Below are positions 10,488-20,025 of a stretch of DNA of 64,000 bases, in pieces. A program made the position numbers and the translations under genes. The stretch covers positions 1 to 64,000 of the forward strand of contig JBIKLL010000006.1 in the NCBI GenBank assembly GCA_044359815.1. The letters run 5' to 3'. Positions within the stretch are counted from its first letter, which is position 1, and each line of letters opens with the position of its first letter. The stretch comes from Pseudobdellovibrionaceae bacterium (lineage in GTDB: Bacteria; Bdellovibrionota; Bdellovibrionia; Bdellovibrionales; Bdellovibrionaceae). The notes under the pieces were generated by a model that did no database searches, had not been told where the DNA came from, and was given only the letters and a program-made list of their open reading frames with translations.

Positions 10488-10955
10488 CTATCGAATCCAG
10501 AATGACTGAGAGACAAAATCAGTAGCAGTAAACAAATCCGTGTCCAGCTCGATCGCTCGGTAGGATTTAGGACCGTCACCTCTGTTAGACATGGTGTATT
10601 CGCTGACTTTCACAGGATCTTTATCAGGATAAAATGCAACGTCATAATGACCTACATAAATAAAATCACCTGTTGATTTATAAACTTCGTGTTCAGTGTC
10701 AGTAGATCCATCGCTTTTCTTGATCTGATAGACCCAGGTGTCCTTATCAGTACTGACCATGGCATACAAACCGTGGGCCTGATTGTTAAAGCTAAACAAG
10801 CAAACTTTCTTGATCGGATCATCATTCCAACCCTTGGTAACAACCGTTTTGGCGCAAGCTTTATAAGCAATCTCGTCTTCCAACATTATTGCATTAAAGA
10901 TCGCAAAGGACTGATGAGTGAACGCGGTTAACAAAATGGTTAAAAGGTATTTCAT
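10488..10955 (-). CDS. Secreted hypothetical protein
   Basis: 155 aa, signal peptide MKYLLTILLTAFTHQSFA. Confidence 0.7.
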   Translation of the reverse strand: MKYLLTILLTAFTHQSFAIFNAIMLEDEIAYKACAKTVVTKGWNDDPIKKVCLFSFNNQAHGLYAMVSTDKDTWVYQIKKSDGSTDTEHEVYKSTGDFIYVGHYDVAFYPDKDPVKVSEYTMSNRGDGPKSYRAIELDTDLFTATDFVSQSFWIR

Positions 10956-11254
10956 GACTACGGTTTAATCATCTTATCCCGATGGGACAATCTAATTGTC
11001 AGGTATTGAAAAAGCTCTTACGAGGTCGCCAGTAAATTTTTATAAAAGTCCCCAACCCTAAGAGTACCCCCAGAGGTTTTATCCCCTGGGGTAGGTAGGT
11101 ACACTGGAGGCAAAGGAGTGCCTCCTAATAAATTGATTTTAAATACTTAATCACAGTGGGGCATAAGTTCCCGCTAATTTCCGCCATAGCCCCACTACAG
11201 AGGGATTAGCCACAATGGAACCAGCTAAAAATGGTTCCTTTGTGTCGGTACAGT

Positions 11255-12088
11255 TTAACCGATCATTTTTAATGCTAATGATGGGATCTGGTTCGCTTGC
11301 ACCAATACAGCCGCAGAAGCTTGTAACAATACATTGTTTCTGGCTGATTCTGCTGTGGCATTAGCGACATCAGTATCCCTGATTCGCGAATTAGCGGCAG
11401 ACAGGTTTTCGTGCTGAACACCCAGATTTTCAACCGTTGATTGAAATCGGTTTTGCAAGGCCCCCAGATTGGCTCGAAAGGCTGCAACCTGAGCTTGAGC
11501 ATTGTCCACCACATTTAATGATGCTTGTGCGCCTTCTTTGGTAGTGAAATCTAAGTCAGATATTTCTAAATTGTCAGTCGTTGCGTTTAATCTGGAAGGA
11601 TCAAAAGAAATTCGATCTTCAAAATCATCGTTGTTAACGCCGACTTGAATGTCAAATTTTTCACCGCTTCCGTCCAACATCACAGTTGAACCAAATCGTG
11701 TTGTTTTTGATATACGTTGAATCTCGTTTTTAATCGCTTGAACTTCGGCATCGATGTATCCACGCTCTCTTTCACCGACAGTGTCAGATGAAGCCTGGAT
11801 GCCCAGTTCACGCATACGAGTTAATATATTTGAAATTTCGCCCAAACCACCCTCAGCGACTTGCACCATCGATATACCATCGTTGGCGTTTCTGGATGCT
11901 TGTGCCAATGACCTGATATTGGATTTCAAGTTTTCACTGATACCCAATCCAGCGGCATCGTCTGCAGCCTTAGTGATACGGCTTCCAGAAGACAATTGAG
12001 CATAGCTCTTCTGGATCTCACGCTGTGAGTTTGTCATGGTTCTTTGCGCATTGATCGCTGGTACGTTCGTAGTAATTCTCATTCCCAT
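11255..12088 (-). CDS. fliC: Flagellin (fliC#2), close paralog of fliC#1
   Basis: Same conserved N- and C-terminal flagellin motifs, 277 aa. Confidence 0.96.
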   Translation of the reverse strand: MGMRITTNVPAINAQRTMTNSQREIQKSYAQLSSGSRITKAADDAAGLGISENLKSNIRSLAQASRNANDGISMVQVAEGGLGEISNILTRMRELGIQASSDTVGERERGYIDAEVQAIKNEIQRISKTTRFGSTVMLDGSGEKFDIQVGVNNDDFEDRISFDPSRLNATTDNLEISDLDFTTKEGAQASLNVVDNAQAQVAAFRANLGALQNRFQSTVENLGVQHENLSAANSRIRDTDVANATAESARNNVLLQASAAVLVQANQIPSLALKMIG

Positions 12089-12263
12089 TGGGAACCTCCT
12101 TTTTATAGCAATCAGACTTTTGTCGAGTTTGTTACCTACACATCCCCGATCAACCTGAAATTTTCTGATTCCAGATCTTTTTCAAAAGCGAATCTTTCTG
12201 ATTGCTGTTGTTTAAATTTTTAATTTGTAGTTTTCAGAAACTTTCTTACTTGCTACACCCATT

Positions 12264-12290
12264 CAATCGGCGAGGTCGTGGAAGGCTTTA
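12264..12290 (-). promoter_or_regulatory. Sigma-28 promoter of fliC#2
   Basis: TAAA-N15-GCCGATTG. Confidence 0.82.
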
Positions 12291-12542
12291 GTCGCGTCGA
12301 GCATTTCTGGACCCAAGTCAGATAGGATCTGGACGTTTGATTAGCAAAAACGCTAGACCAAAATACTGATTTCAGGACCTAGGTTTTAGATTTTCAGGAC
12401 TAACCGCTTAGGACTTATAACCATCAGAGTAATGTCCAGTCTGTCCAGGGACCTGCTATTGTCCAGTCTGGTTAAATTCAGTAAAAAACTTTGCTCATAT
12501 TATTGCGTATCCGTAGAATGAATTTCATCACGAGGGGATTTT

Positions 12543-13073
12543 ATGAATAAGCTATTTTTGTTTTTAGTTTTACTGACCGCAGGCTGCAGCTCCAATGTTA
12601 AAAAAGAACAAAAATTAATGAGCTCTAATGCACCCTCTGTAAGCCCCAGTTTTTTAAAATGTGCAGGGTTGAGCATGCTCAGCAATAATATGAATAAATC
12701 TCAAAAGGCCGATTTTTTTGCCGAAGCTCAGTTTGCTCAGATTGCCGAATTAGCTTACGATTCATCCGCTCATAAAATTTCTGGAATGGCTCTGACACTG
12801 AAAATGGAAAAAGGCAATATTGCTATCGATGAACAAATGCCCATCAGCTTGACGATTACAGAAAACGAAAGTTCTAGTGAATCCAGAATGCTGGCTCAGT
12901 TTGTTGGCAAAGGCACCCTCAGTAAAACTTCGATCACAGGATTGCGATTGGTCGCCACTGAATCTCAACAAGGTGTCGTGTTGTATGCAATCGATCCCAC
13001 AAATATCATTCGCCCCATCGGCCAGCGCTGCGAACTCCAGCACGAGATCCTGAACCAGATCCTAACGAAATAG
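12543..13073 (+). CDS. Hypothetical lipoprotein
   Basis: Lipobox LTAGC, SD GAGGGG. Confidence 0.7.
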   Translation: MNKLFLFLVLLTAGCSSNVKKEQKLMSSNAPSVSPSFLKCAGLSMLSNNMNKSQKADFFAEAQFAQIAELAYDSSAHKISGMALTLKMEKGNIAIDEQMPISLTITENESSSESRMLAQFVGKGTLSKTSITGLRLVATESQQGVVLYAIDPTNIIRPIGQRCELQHEILNQILTK

Positions 13074-13145
13074 CTTTTGAAAATCTGCGTACAGAAATCT
13101 TTTCTGCTTGCAGATTTTCAATAAGATTTCATCTAGTCTGCTTAT

Positions 13146-13164
13146 ATCGAGAACAATTGTCATT
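13146..13164 (+). promoter_or_regulatory. Putative Fur box
   Basis: ATCGAGAACAATTGTCATT, 13/19 match to AATGATAATCATTATCATT, upstream of an iron permease. Confidence 0.45.
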
Positions 13165-13206
13165 TTCAGGTGCTTTATGTAGGTTTGCCCTTATTCCGGA
13201 GGCCCC

Positions 13207-15168
13207 ATGAAATTCCTGTGCAGATTTCTGTTTTTACCCGCCCAAGCCTTAACTGCTAAAAAAATAGCTCAAAGATTTTATCAATCACTATTGATTGCAG
13301 CTATAGCAGCCATATTAGTGAGCTCACCTTGGCAGAGGGCTTTTGCTAAAACAGATAACCCAGCCATAGTGATTCATTTGTTGGATTATATTGCTAACGA
13401 TTATGCAGGAGCCGTCGAAAACGGCAAAGTCATCAGCGAACCAGAATACGCCGAACAAAAAGAATTTGCTGGAATTATTTCTGAAGCGTCTCAGGAAATC
13501 GCTCAGTTCAGAAATGACCAAGAGTTTGTAAATAAAATTAAAAAATTCGTTGCGATGATAGACAATAAAGCACTTGGAACTGAAGTCACCAAGACTGCCA
13601 GGGAATTGCAAGCCACTGCCCTGAAATTGGCAGACATCAAGGTTTCGCCCACCGTATGGCCCAGCCTTGAAGCCGGTCAAAAATTATATGCAAAAAACTG
13701 CGCCTCCTGCCATGGCGAAAAAGGTTTAGGCGATGGCGAAGCTGGTAAAAATCTGGATCCCAAGCCCGCTGATTTCACAGACCCTGCAAAAATGTTGGGA
13801 AGCTCCCCTTACAATTATTTTAATACCATTCGCCTGGGCGTGCCCGGCACAGGGATGCCTGGATTCAGCGACCTGAGCGACAGTCAAATCTGGGATTTGG
13901 CATTTTATGTAAAATCCATCGGCCACAAGGATAAAGGCAACGGCTCTGATGAGTTATCAATACCTCTGTCAGAAGTCGCCTCTTTGAATGACCAACAAAT
14001 TTTGTCAAAAATGTCAGGAGCTCAGGATCAGGCCAGTTATATTTTGGCCACCATCAGAAATTATTCTCCGGTTTTAAAATCAGATTATTATTTAAATCTT
14101 GCTAAAGAACTTTTGAACGAAAGCTTTACGATTTACCAGGCCAATAATCTAGATGCTGCGAACAATCTGGCGCTCAGATCCTATCTGGAAGGTGTCGAGG
14201 CCATCGAACCAAAAATCAAAGCTAACGATGCCAGTCTGATTATTAAAATTGAATCGATTATGGCCGAATACCGTGAAGCCGTTAAAATCCCCAACAACAA
14301 GGCTCAGGTGCAAGAAAAATTAAACGCTGCCTTGGGAACAATTGATGAAATACAAAAGGTCTTAACCGATAAAAAAATGACTCATTCAATGATTTTTAGT
14401 TCTGTGTTTAGTATTTTTTTAAGGGAAGGATTTGAATCAATCCTGATAATAATCGTTTTGTTAAGCTCGCTAAAAATCATGAAGGTCGATCATGCAATTA
14501 AATGGGTTCATTTTGGCTGGATTTCGGCAGTAGCCCTGGGCGTGATGATTTGGTTTATGTCAGGATTTCTGACTCAACTAAGCGGAACCAGCCGCGAATT
14601 GGTTGAGGGATTTATTTCTTTGTTTGCTGTGGTGGTTTTGGTTTATGTGGGCTTTCACTTGCACAGAAATTCCATCGCCAAACAGTGGAATGAATTCCTG
14701 AAAGTCCGCGTGGCAGAGCTGGCAAAAACCCAAAACCTATTGGGCCTTGCGATTTTGTCATTCCTGGCAGTTTTTCGCGAAGCCTTTGAGGTTGTTTTAT
14801 TTTTAAGAGCCATCTGGTTTGATGTTGATGATCAGGGTAAATCCTATGCCGCGGGTGGAATGATTTCAGCCTCTTTATTTATTTTGCTGATTGCATTTCT
14901 GATGCTCAAAACCAGCGTCAGAATGCCGATTTCGACTTTGTTTAAAGTTTGCTCTGCCGTGATGGCGTTTTTGGCAATTACATTATTAGGTAAAGGCATC
15001 CATAGTTTTCAAGAAACCGGGGCATTACCTTTTAGCTCGACAACATTAATCCCCCGTGTGGAACTGTTGGGTATTTACCCTTCCTGGGAATCCGTAATTG
15101 CACAAATAGCCTTGTTGGCATTTATTGTTTTGATTATGCGTAAAGATTTAAAAACTCTGTCTGCATAG
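13207..15168 (+). CDS. Cytochrome c / FTR1-family iron (or lead) permease
   Basis: CASCH haem motif, REGFE and REAFE motifs, multiple TM helices. Confidence 0.9.
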   Translation: MKFLCRFLFLPAQALTAKKIAQRFYQSLLIAAIAAILVSSPWQRAFAKTDNPAIVIHLLDYIANDYAGAVENGKVISEPEYAEQKEFAGIISEASQEIAQFRNDQEFVNKIKKFVAMIDNKALGTEVTKTARELQATALKLADIKVSPTVWPSLEAGQKLYAKNCASCHGEKGLGDGEAGKNLDPKPADFTDPAKMLGSSPYNYFNTIRLGVPGTGMPGFSDLSDSQIWDLAFYVKSIGHKDKGNGSDELSIPLSEVASLNDQQILSKMSGAQDQASYILATIRNYSPVLKSDYYLNLAKELLNESFTIYQANNLDAANNLALRSYLEGVEAIEPKIKANDASLIIKIESIMAEYREAVKIPNNKAQVQEKLNAALGTIDEIQKVLTDKKMTHSMIFSSVFSIFLREGFESILIIIVLLSSLKIMKVDHAIKWVHFGWISAVALGVMIWFMSGFLTQLSGTSRELVEGFISLFAVVVLVYVGFHLHRNSIAKQWNEFLKVRVAELAKTQNLLGLAILSFLAVFREAFEVVLFLRAIWFDVDDQGKSYAAGGMISASLFILLIAFLMLKTSVRMPISTLFKVCSAVMAFLAITLLGKGIHSFQETGALPFSSTTLIPRVELLGIYPSWESVIAQIALLAFIVLIMRKDLKTLSA

Positions 15169-15281
15169 TCGTTGCGATAAATATTTTTCAATACGTCTTG
15201 ATAAGCTTAGACATTAACTGGGGTCTTCTGACATTTTAGGCTTTGTGCAGCTATTTGCCCCCTGCCAGGATCCGCAAGACA

Positions 15282-15560
15282 ATGGAAAAAAATCACGAAC
15301 TGACCAAAACACTGAAAGCTATTATCAAATCCAAACGTGATTTTAATCCTGCAGAGATTGCCCAGAAGCTGGGAATCACAAAATCTAGTTTGAATAAAAT
15401 CGTAAAGGGCCAGAGCGAACCCACACTGGCTGTGCTGTTGGAGTTTCTAAATAAATCAAAGGCCCCAAAAAAATTGCGCAAAAAAGTTTTGTTAATTCAT
15501 TTTCAGAATCAGCTGACTGATCCTGATCACAGACAGCAAATCGAAGATTTGATTGGCTGA
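15282..15560 (+). CDS. XRE-family helix-turn-helix protein
   Basis: EIAQKLGITKSSLNKIVKGQSEPT; ATG 15282. Confidence 0.7.
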   Translation: MEKNHELTKTLKAIIKSKRDFNPAEIAQKLGITKSSLNKIVKGQSEPTLAVLLEFLNKSKAPKKLRKKVLLIHFQNQLTDPDHRQQIEDLIG

Positions 15561-15627
15561 TTTAGACACCACGATTTCACTCCGCTTTAAGAATCTGAAA
15601 TGTGTATTTTGAAGATTTAGTTTTATA

Positions 15628-15657
15628 CAAAAAATAACCCCCCGAGGGCGGGCTTAA
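15628..15657 (-). terminator. Probable intrinsic terminator downstream of fliC#3
   Basis: Minus strand AGCCCGCCCTCGGGGGGTT followed by ATTTTTT. Confidence 0.4.
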
Positions 15658-15843
15658 GAACCAAATCTGTGTCTGTGTGGGCATTACAGATCGGCTCTTT
15701 AAAACTCTAAATAAAACTCTTAATAGAAATCCCTTAAAAAACTGTAAGTATAATTTCTCTTCAACTATGAAGACTTAAAATAGTCTTCACTATTCAAGAG
15801 GCCTTTTTAAAAACCGGGAGCACATAAGCACCCCCGAAATCAT

Positions 15844-16671
15844 TTAGCCAATTAATTTTAATGCAACACCAGGTGTTTGGTTGGCCTGAGCCAGTACCGA
15901 CACCGCAGCGCTTTGAAGAACTTGAGCAGACGCCATTTCGGCAGTTTCTTTTGCTACGTCTGTATCTCGGATACGAGAATTCGCAGCACTCAAGTTTTCA
16001 TATTGAATGTCCAAGTTGCTGACTGTTGCGTTCAAACGGCTTTGGATAGATCCAAAGTTTGCTCTCATCGCACCAATTTTTTGCAGACCTTCATCGACGA
16101 CTTCTAAGGCATCACGAGCCGAAGATTTGTCTTCAAAACTCAGCCCAGCAATACCAACTTCATCAGCAGTGGCATTTGAGGATAATGAATATTTAATTAC
16201 GTTTTCTTCACCACCAAAAGCACCGACATGGAATTCAAGCTCTCCGCCTGAACCATCCAACAATCGCTTGTCACCAAATCTGGTGGTTTTAGCGATACGG
16301 TCAGCTTCATCAATTAATTGCGAAGCTTCTTGGTGTAAGAATTTTCTTTCAGCGTCTCCGATATTGTCAGAAGCTGATTGAATTCCCAACTCTCTTAAAC
16401 GAATCATGATATTTGTGATTTCATTTAATCCACCTTCAGATACCTGAATCGCTGATCCAGCGTTGAAGGCGTTGTTTCTGGCTTGCGCAATACCTCTAAT
16501 TTGACCGCGTAAGCTTTCAGAAATCGCTAATCCAGCGGCATCATCTGCTGCTTGAACTATTCGACTTCCCGAAGCAAGAGCCTGAGTTGAATGCTCCATT
16601 CGCTTCTGTTGTATGCCCAGAACCCTTTGCGCTGCAATCGACGGTAGGTTCGTTTGTATTCTTAAGCCCAT
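15844..16671 (-). CDS. fliC: Flagellin (fliC#3)
   Basis: LASGSRIVQAADDAAGLAISE, NLSAANSRIRDTD. Confidence 0.96.
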   Translation of the reverse strand: MGLRIQTNLPSIAAQRVLGIQQKRMEHSTQALASGSRIVQAADDAAGLAISESLRGQIRGIAQARNNAFNAGSAIQVSEGGLNEITNIMIRLRELGIQSASDNIGDAERKFLHQEASQLIDEADRIAKTTRFGDKRLLDGSGGELEFHVGAFGGEENVIKYSLSSNATADEVGIAGLSFEDKSSARDALEVVDEGLQKIGAMRANFGSIQSRLNATVSNLDIQYENLSAANSRIRDTDVAKETAEMASAQVLQSAAVSVLAQANQTPGVALKLIG

Positions 16672-16885
16672 GTGTTCCTCCTACAAACCTTCGTTTGTGT
16701 TAAGACGCGCTCCTTGATAGCATCTGTTTATTAATTCTGTTTGCTGGAGTGGATTCCTGTTTGCGAAAGGTGACTGATCTTTCGCAAACGGAATGTGCCC
16801 GTTAGGCTGGTGAAGGGCTCTTGACTTTGACTGCTGTCCCGAGGTCCTTAACAAGTCTGCGGTTGCTCCAACGTGTTCACAGAAC

Positions 16886-16912
16886 TTCTCGGCTAAGGTC
16901 CAGGAAGCTTTA
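16886..16912 (-). promoter_or_regulatory. Sigma-28 promoter of fliC#3
   Basis: TAAA-N15-GCCGAGAA. Confidence 0.8.
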
Positions 16913-17096
16913 GGTCTTTGGTCCAGTTTTGTTTTATGCGGCGCATCTTGTCTGCGTGATCACGAATGATTTTTAGGAAATTTTTTTCGACCAAGGTCTA
17001 GGTCTGAAGGTACGAATGATTTAAAACGAGTCATTAACCGCACACTCACCTGTCTTTGAATTTAAAATTCAGTGAAGCGTAAGTGTGCCAGGTTTT

Positions 17097-17921
17097 TCAA
17101 AGTAGCTTCAAAGCATACATAGGCATCTGATTGGCTTGAGCCAAAACTGCAATTTGATATTGCTGTAAAGCTTGGGCCTTAAACATATCTGCGGTTGCCT
17201 TTGCGACATCAGTGTCAGCAATTCGCGAGCGTGCAGCTTCCAAATTTTCTACCTGCAACATTCCGTTATTTTGCACTGATTCTAATCTGCTTTGCACAGC
17301 TGCAAAATTAGCTCTGGCCGCACCGATTTCTTGCAATGCCGAATCCACCATTTCAATAGAATCCACTGCAGACGATTTATCTGCGACTGACAACCCATCA
17401 ATGCCCAAGCCAGAAGCCGTCGTATCAGTATTGCTCGTATAGGTAATTATATTTTCAGCACCTTTGTAAGCGCCGACTTGATACTGGTAAGTTTTCTCGG
17501 TGCCATCCAACAATTTATTCCCACCAAATCTTGTTGTCTGAGCAATACGGTCAAACTCTTCAACCAACTGAGTGTGTTCGACGTCTAGCATTTCCCTTTC
17601 CACCTCAGAATAGGTGTCACTGGCGGCTTGAATCGCCAGCTCACGCAATCTGATCAGAATATTATTTTGTTCGTTCAGCCCGCCCTCTGCCACTTGAATC
17701 ATCGAATATGCATTTTCAGCATTTTTAACGCCCGTCCTAACCCCTGTAATTTGCCCACGCAAATGTTCAGCGATTGTAAATTCAGCTGCACTTTCATTTG
17801 GATTATCAAATTTGTTCCCCGAGGCTAGTGCTTTCAATGCACCTTCGTTTTCTCGGGAAGACTTCGAAATTTGGCGCTGTGCCGCCAGTGAAGCCATATT
17901 TGTATTGATTCTAAGTCCCAT
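17097..17921 (-). CDS. fliC: Flagellin (fliC#4), divergent
   Basis: MGLRINTN, QVAEGGLNE, LRELAIQAASDT, ARSRIADTD. Confidence 0.93.
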   Translation of the reverse strand: MGLRINTNMASLAAQRQISKSSRENEGALKALASGNKFDNPNESAAEFTIAEHLRGQITGVRTGVKNAENAYSMIQVAEGGLNEQNNILIRLRELAIQAASDTYSEVEREMLDVEHTQLVEEFDRIAQTTRFGGNKLLDGTEKTYQYQVGAYKGAENIITYTSNTDTTASGLGIDGLSVADKSSAVDSIEMVDSALQEIGAARANFAAVQSRLESVQNNGMLQVENLEAARSRIADTDVAKATADMFKAQALQQYQIAVLAQANQMPMYALKLL

Positions 17922-18059
17922 GATGGAGCATCCTTTCGTAATGGCTCAGCTTCCCCTTAGTCCTGAAGTCACCCAGGACCAAAGTTGGCTTGCACATCAA
18001 AAGTCGCCGACAGACTTTTGCTAACTCTTGTTTTAAACCTCGTTCAGCAGTCACTATAC

Positions 18060-18086
18060 TTTACGGCACAATGCGTTAAAACTTTA
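18060..18086 (-). promoter_or_regulatory. Sigma-28 promoter of fliC#4
   Basis: TAAA-N15-GCCGTAAA. Confidence 0.7.
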
Positions 18087-18247
18087 ATATTATTAATCAT
18101 TTCTTTAATTAAGACGCAATATGTTATTTAAATGTTTGGGATTTATCAATCGGATACAGGTCAGATAACCGATTCGCCTATACCCAGTTCTTTGGTCCAG
18201 ATCTAGGCTGTGATTTTAGATTCAAATGTTTTGAAGGGCGGGTTCGA

Positions 18248-19870
18248 CTATTTCACCGGTGGGTTTGCTGAAGGCTTTGCTTGAGTTACGGGTTTGGCAG
18301 GAACGGTTGCTGGTTTTGCAACAGGTTTTGCTGGAACAACTACAGGTTTCGCTGGAGTTGCAGGCTTGGCAGGAACGGTTGCTGGTTTTGCAACAGGTTT
18401 TGCTGGAACAACTACAGGTTTCGCTGGAGTTGCAGGCTTGGCGGGAACGGTTGCTGGTTTTGCAACAGGTTTTGCTGGAACAACTACAGGCTTCGCTGGA
18501 GTTGCCGTGGGTTTTGCCGGAACAACTGCAGGCTTGCCAGGAACTGCTGCAGGTTTTGCTGGCGCCGGAGCTGCCTGAGGTTTTACTGAACCATCACTGG
18601 GTGGAACTCCATTTAGATTATTTGAATTAGCTGTTGGCCTTGAACTATCCAAAACTGCTTGTTTCATGGCTTTCAAGGAAACCATCAGGCTTTCCAGAAT
18701 TCTGTTTCTTTCATCAGCTGGTAGTTTCGGGTAATTTCTGCGCAACTGCACGATTTTTTTAGAGGCATTGTAAACCACATGAAAATCAATTTTTGAGTTT
18801 TCATTAAACAAACCCAATTTACCAAAAGGATTGTTACCGTTTTTCCAGTCATTATTTCCTACGAAAAAATCAAACCTTGCTATGCCATTGGCTCTGTTTT
18901 TGATTTTCTGACCCACGTCTCTGACAACAAAAAAACCATCGTGGGTTGTACCGTCTGGTAATTTAGTACCAACAACAATCGGCACAAAAATCACAGTTCC
19001 AATTGGATAAACTCTGATATCTGCAGCCACAGTATGAAAGATATCTAAGCAAATATTTGGACTGTTACCATAACCAAACGGGCATTCTTCATAATTATAA
19101 GTAAAAAACTTTGCTCCATTTGGACCGCGCCCTTTATAGTTCAAAAAATAGAACTTTCCATTGATGTCGGTGTCACACTTGCGACCTTCGATACAAGAGT
19201 TATATCCAGTAACACAGCTGCCTTCCATCAAACACAAATCGTAAAATCTTTTGCACAATGAAAGCGTAACCCATTTTTTGTTTCCGCGATCATCTGTTTT
19301 ATAAACAGAAACGTCTCGCTTTTCGCTCAACAAACAACTGGTTGCGGTTGTGTAATCAATAGGAAAATCATAAATCGTAGGATTCATTTTTTTAGAAAGG
19401 CTAAAATCTTCAGCTTTAAATTCGGCAGGAACCTTGCTCATGTCGACTTGACCACCGGTTGGAGCAGCAGGTTTACCAGGTTGAGGTTTATTTGTGGCAT
19501 CGTATGTAGTGGTGGATTGATCAACAGGCTTAATAACACCTGATCCTGTACCTGAATCTTCAGCAGGATTTGCTGAATCAACTTGATCATTGGCAGAGTT
19601 AGCTTGGTCGCCAGCAGGTTTTTGATCGGCTTGAGTATCATTACCACCAGGATTATTTGAATCACCAGAAACATCTTCTGAATTCTGATTTCCAGAACCC
19701 TGTCCAGCAGTTTCATTGGCCGAGCCTGGGTTAGGAGCATTTGCCTGGCGATTTGCATCTGATAATTGATCGGGAGATGCAAATTGTTCTGGACCAAAAG
19801 CAATGCGTTCGCATCCCAGAAAGAACACTGCTGAAATTAAGATAGCGATCACATTAATCATTGATTTCAT
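18248..19870 (-). CDS. Lipoprotein with 3D (MltA-like) domain and Pro/Ala/Lys-rich tail
   Basis: Lipobox FFLGC; TVAAD..YPIGT..VRDVGQKIK..RFDFFVG three-Asp pattern. Confidence 0.75.
   Translation of the reverse strand: MKSMINVIAILISAVFFLGCERIAFGPEQFASPDQLSDANRQANAPNPGSANETAGQGSGNQNSEDVSGDSNNPGGNDTQADQKPAGDQANSANDQVDSANPAEDSGTGSGVIKPVDQSTTTYDATNKPQPGKPAAPTGGQVDMSKVPAEFKAEDFSLSKKMNPTIYDFPIDYTTATSCLLSEKRDVSVYKTDDRGNKKWVTLSLCKRFYDLCLMEGSCVTGYNSCIEGRKCDTDINGKFYFLNYKGRGPNGAKFFTYNYEECPFGYGNSPNICLDIFHTVAADIRVYPIGTVIFVPIVVGTKLPDGTTHDGFFVVRDVGQKIKNRANGIARFDFFVGNNDWKNGNNPFGKLGLFNENSKIDFHVVYNASKKIVQLRRNYPKLPADERNRILESLMVSLKAMKQAVLDSSRPTANSNNLNGVPPSDGSVKPQAAPAPAKPAAVPGKPAVVPAKPTATPAKPVVVPAKPVAKPATVPAKPATPAKPVVVPAKPVAKPATVPAKPATPAKPVVVPAKPVAKPATVPAKPVTQAKPSANPPVK
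18290..18520. repeat. Coding tandem repeat, ~3 x 72 bp (PAKPVVVPAKPVAKPATVPAKPAT)
   Basis: GGCRGGAACGGTTGCTGG recurs at 18296, 18368, 18440. Confidence 0.9.
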
Positions 19871-20025
19871 CTCCAAAATCTTCAGGCAGTATAGACCCAC
19901 TGCCCACGATTAACGATGGCTAATTTGTCACAGGGAAATTTTGGAAATCCGATGACGATTTTTGGCAAAGCAATAAGTATGTCTGTCGAACTGTTAGACA
20001 CAGATTCGAAATTTCAGAAAATATT

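Noticed and set aside
10310..12470. GGAC arrays as CRISPR arrays or CsrB-like sRNAs
   Set aside because: Repeats are only 4-7 bp and no cas genes are present; motifs occur in both orientations with helical phasing and mostly lack ANGGA hairpin loops, which fits DNA sites better
18259..18630. Three plus-strand ORFs over the 72-bp repeat
   Set aside because: Antisense shadows of the PAKP coding repeat
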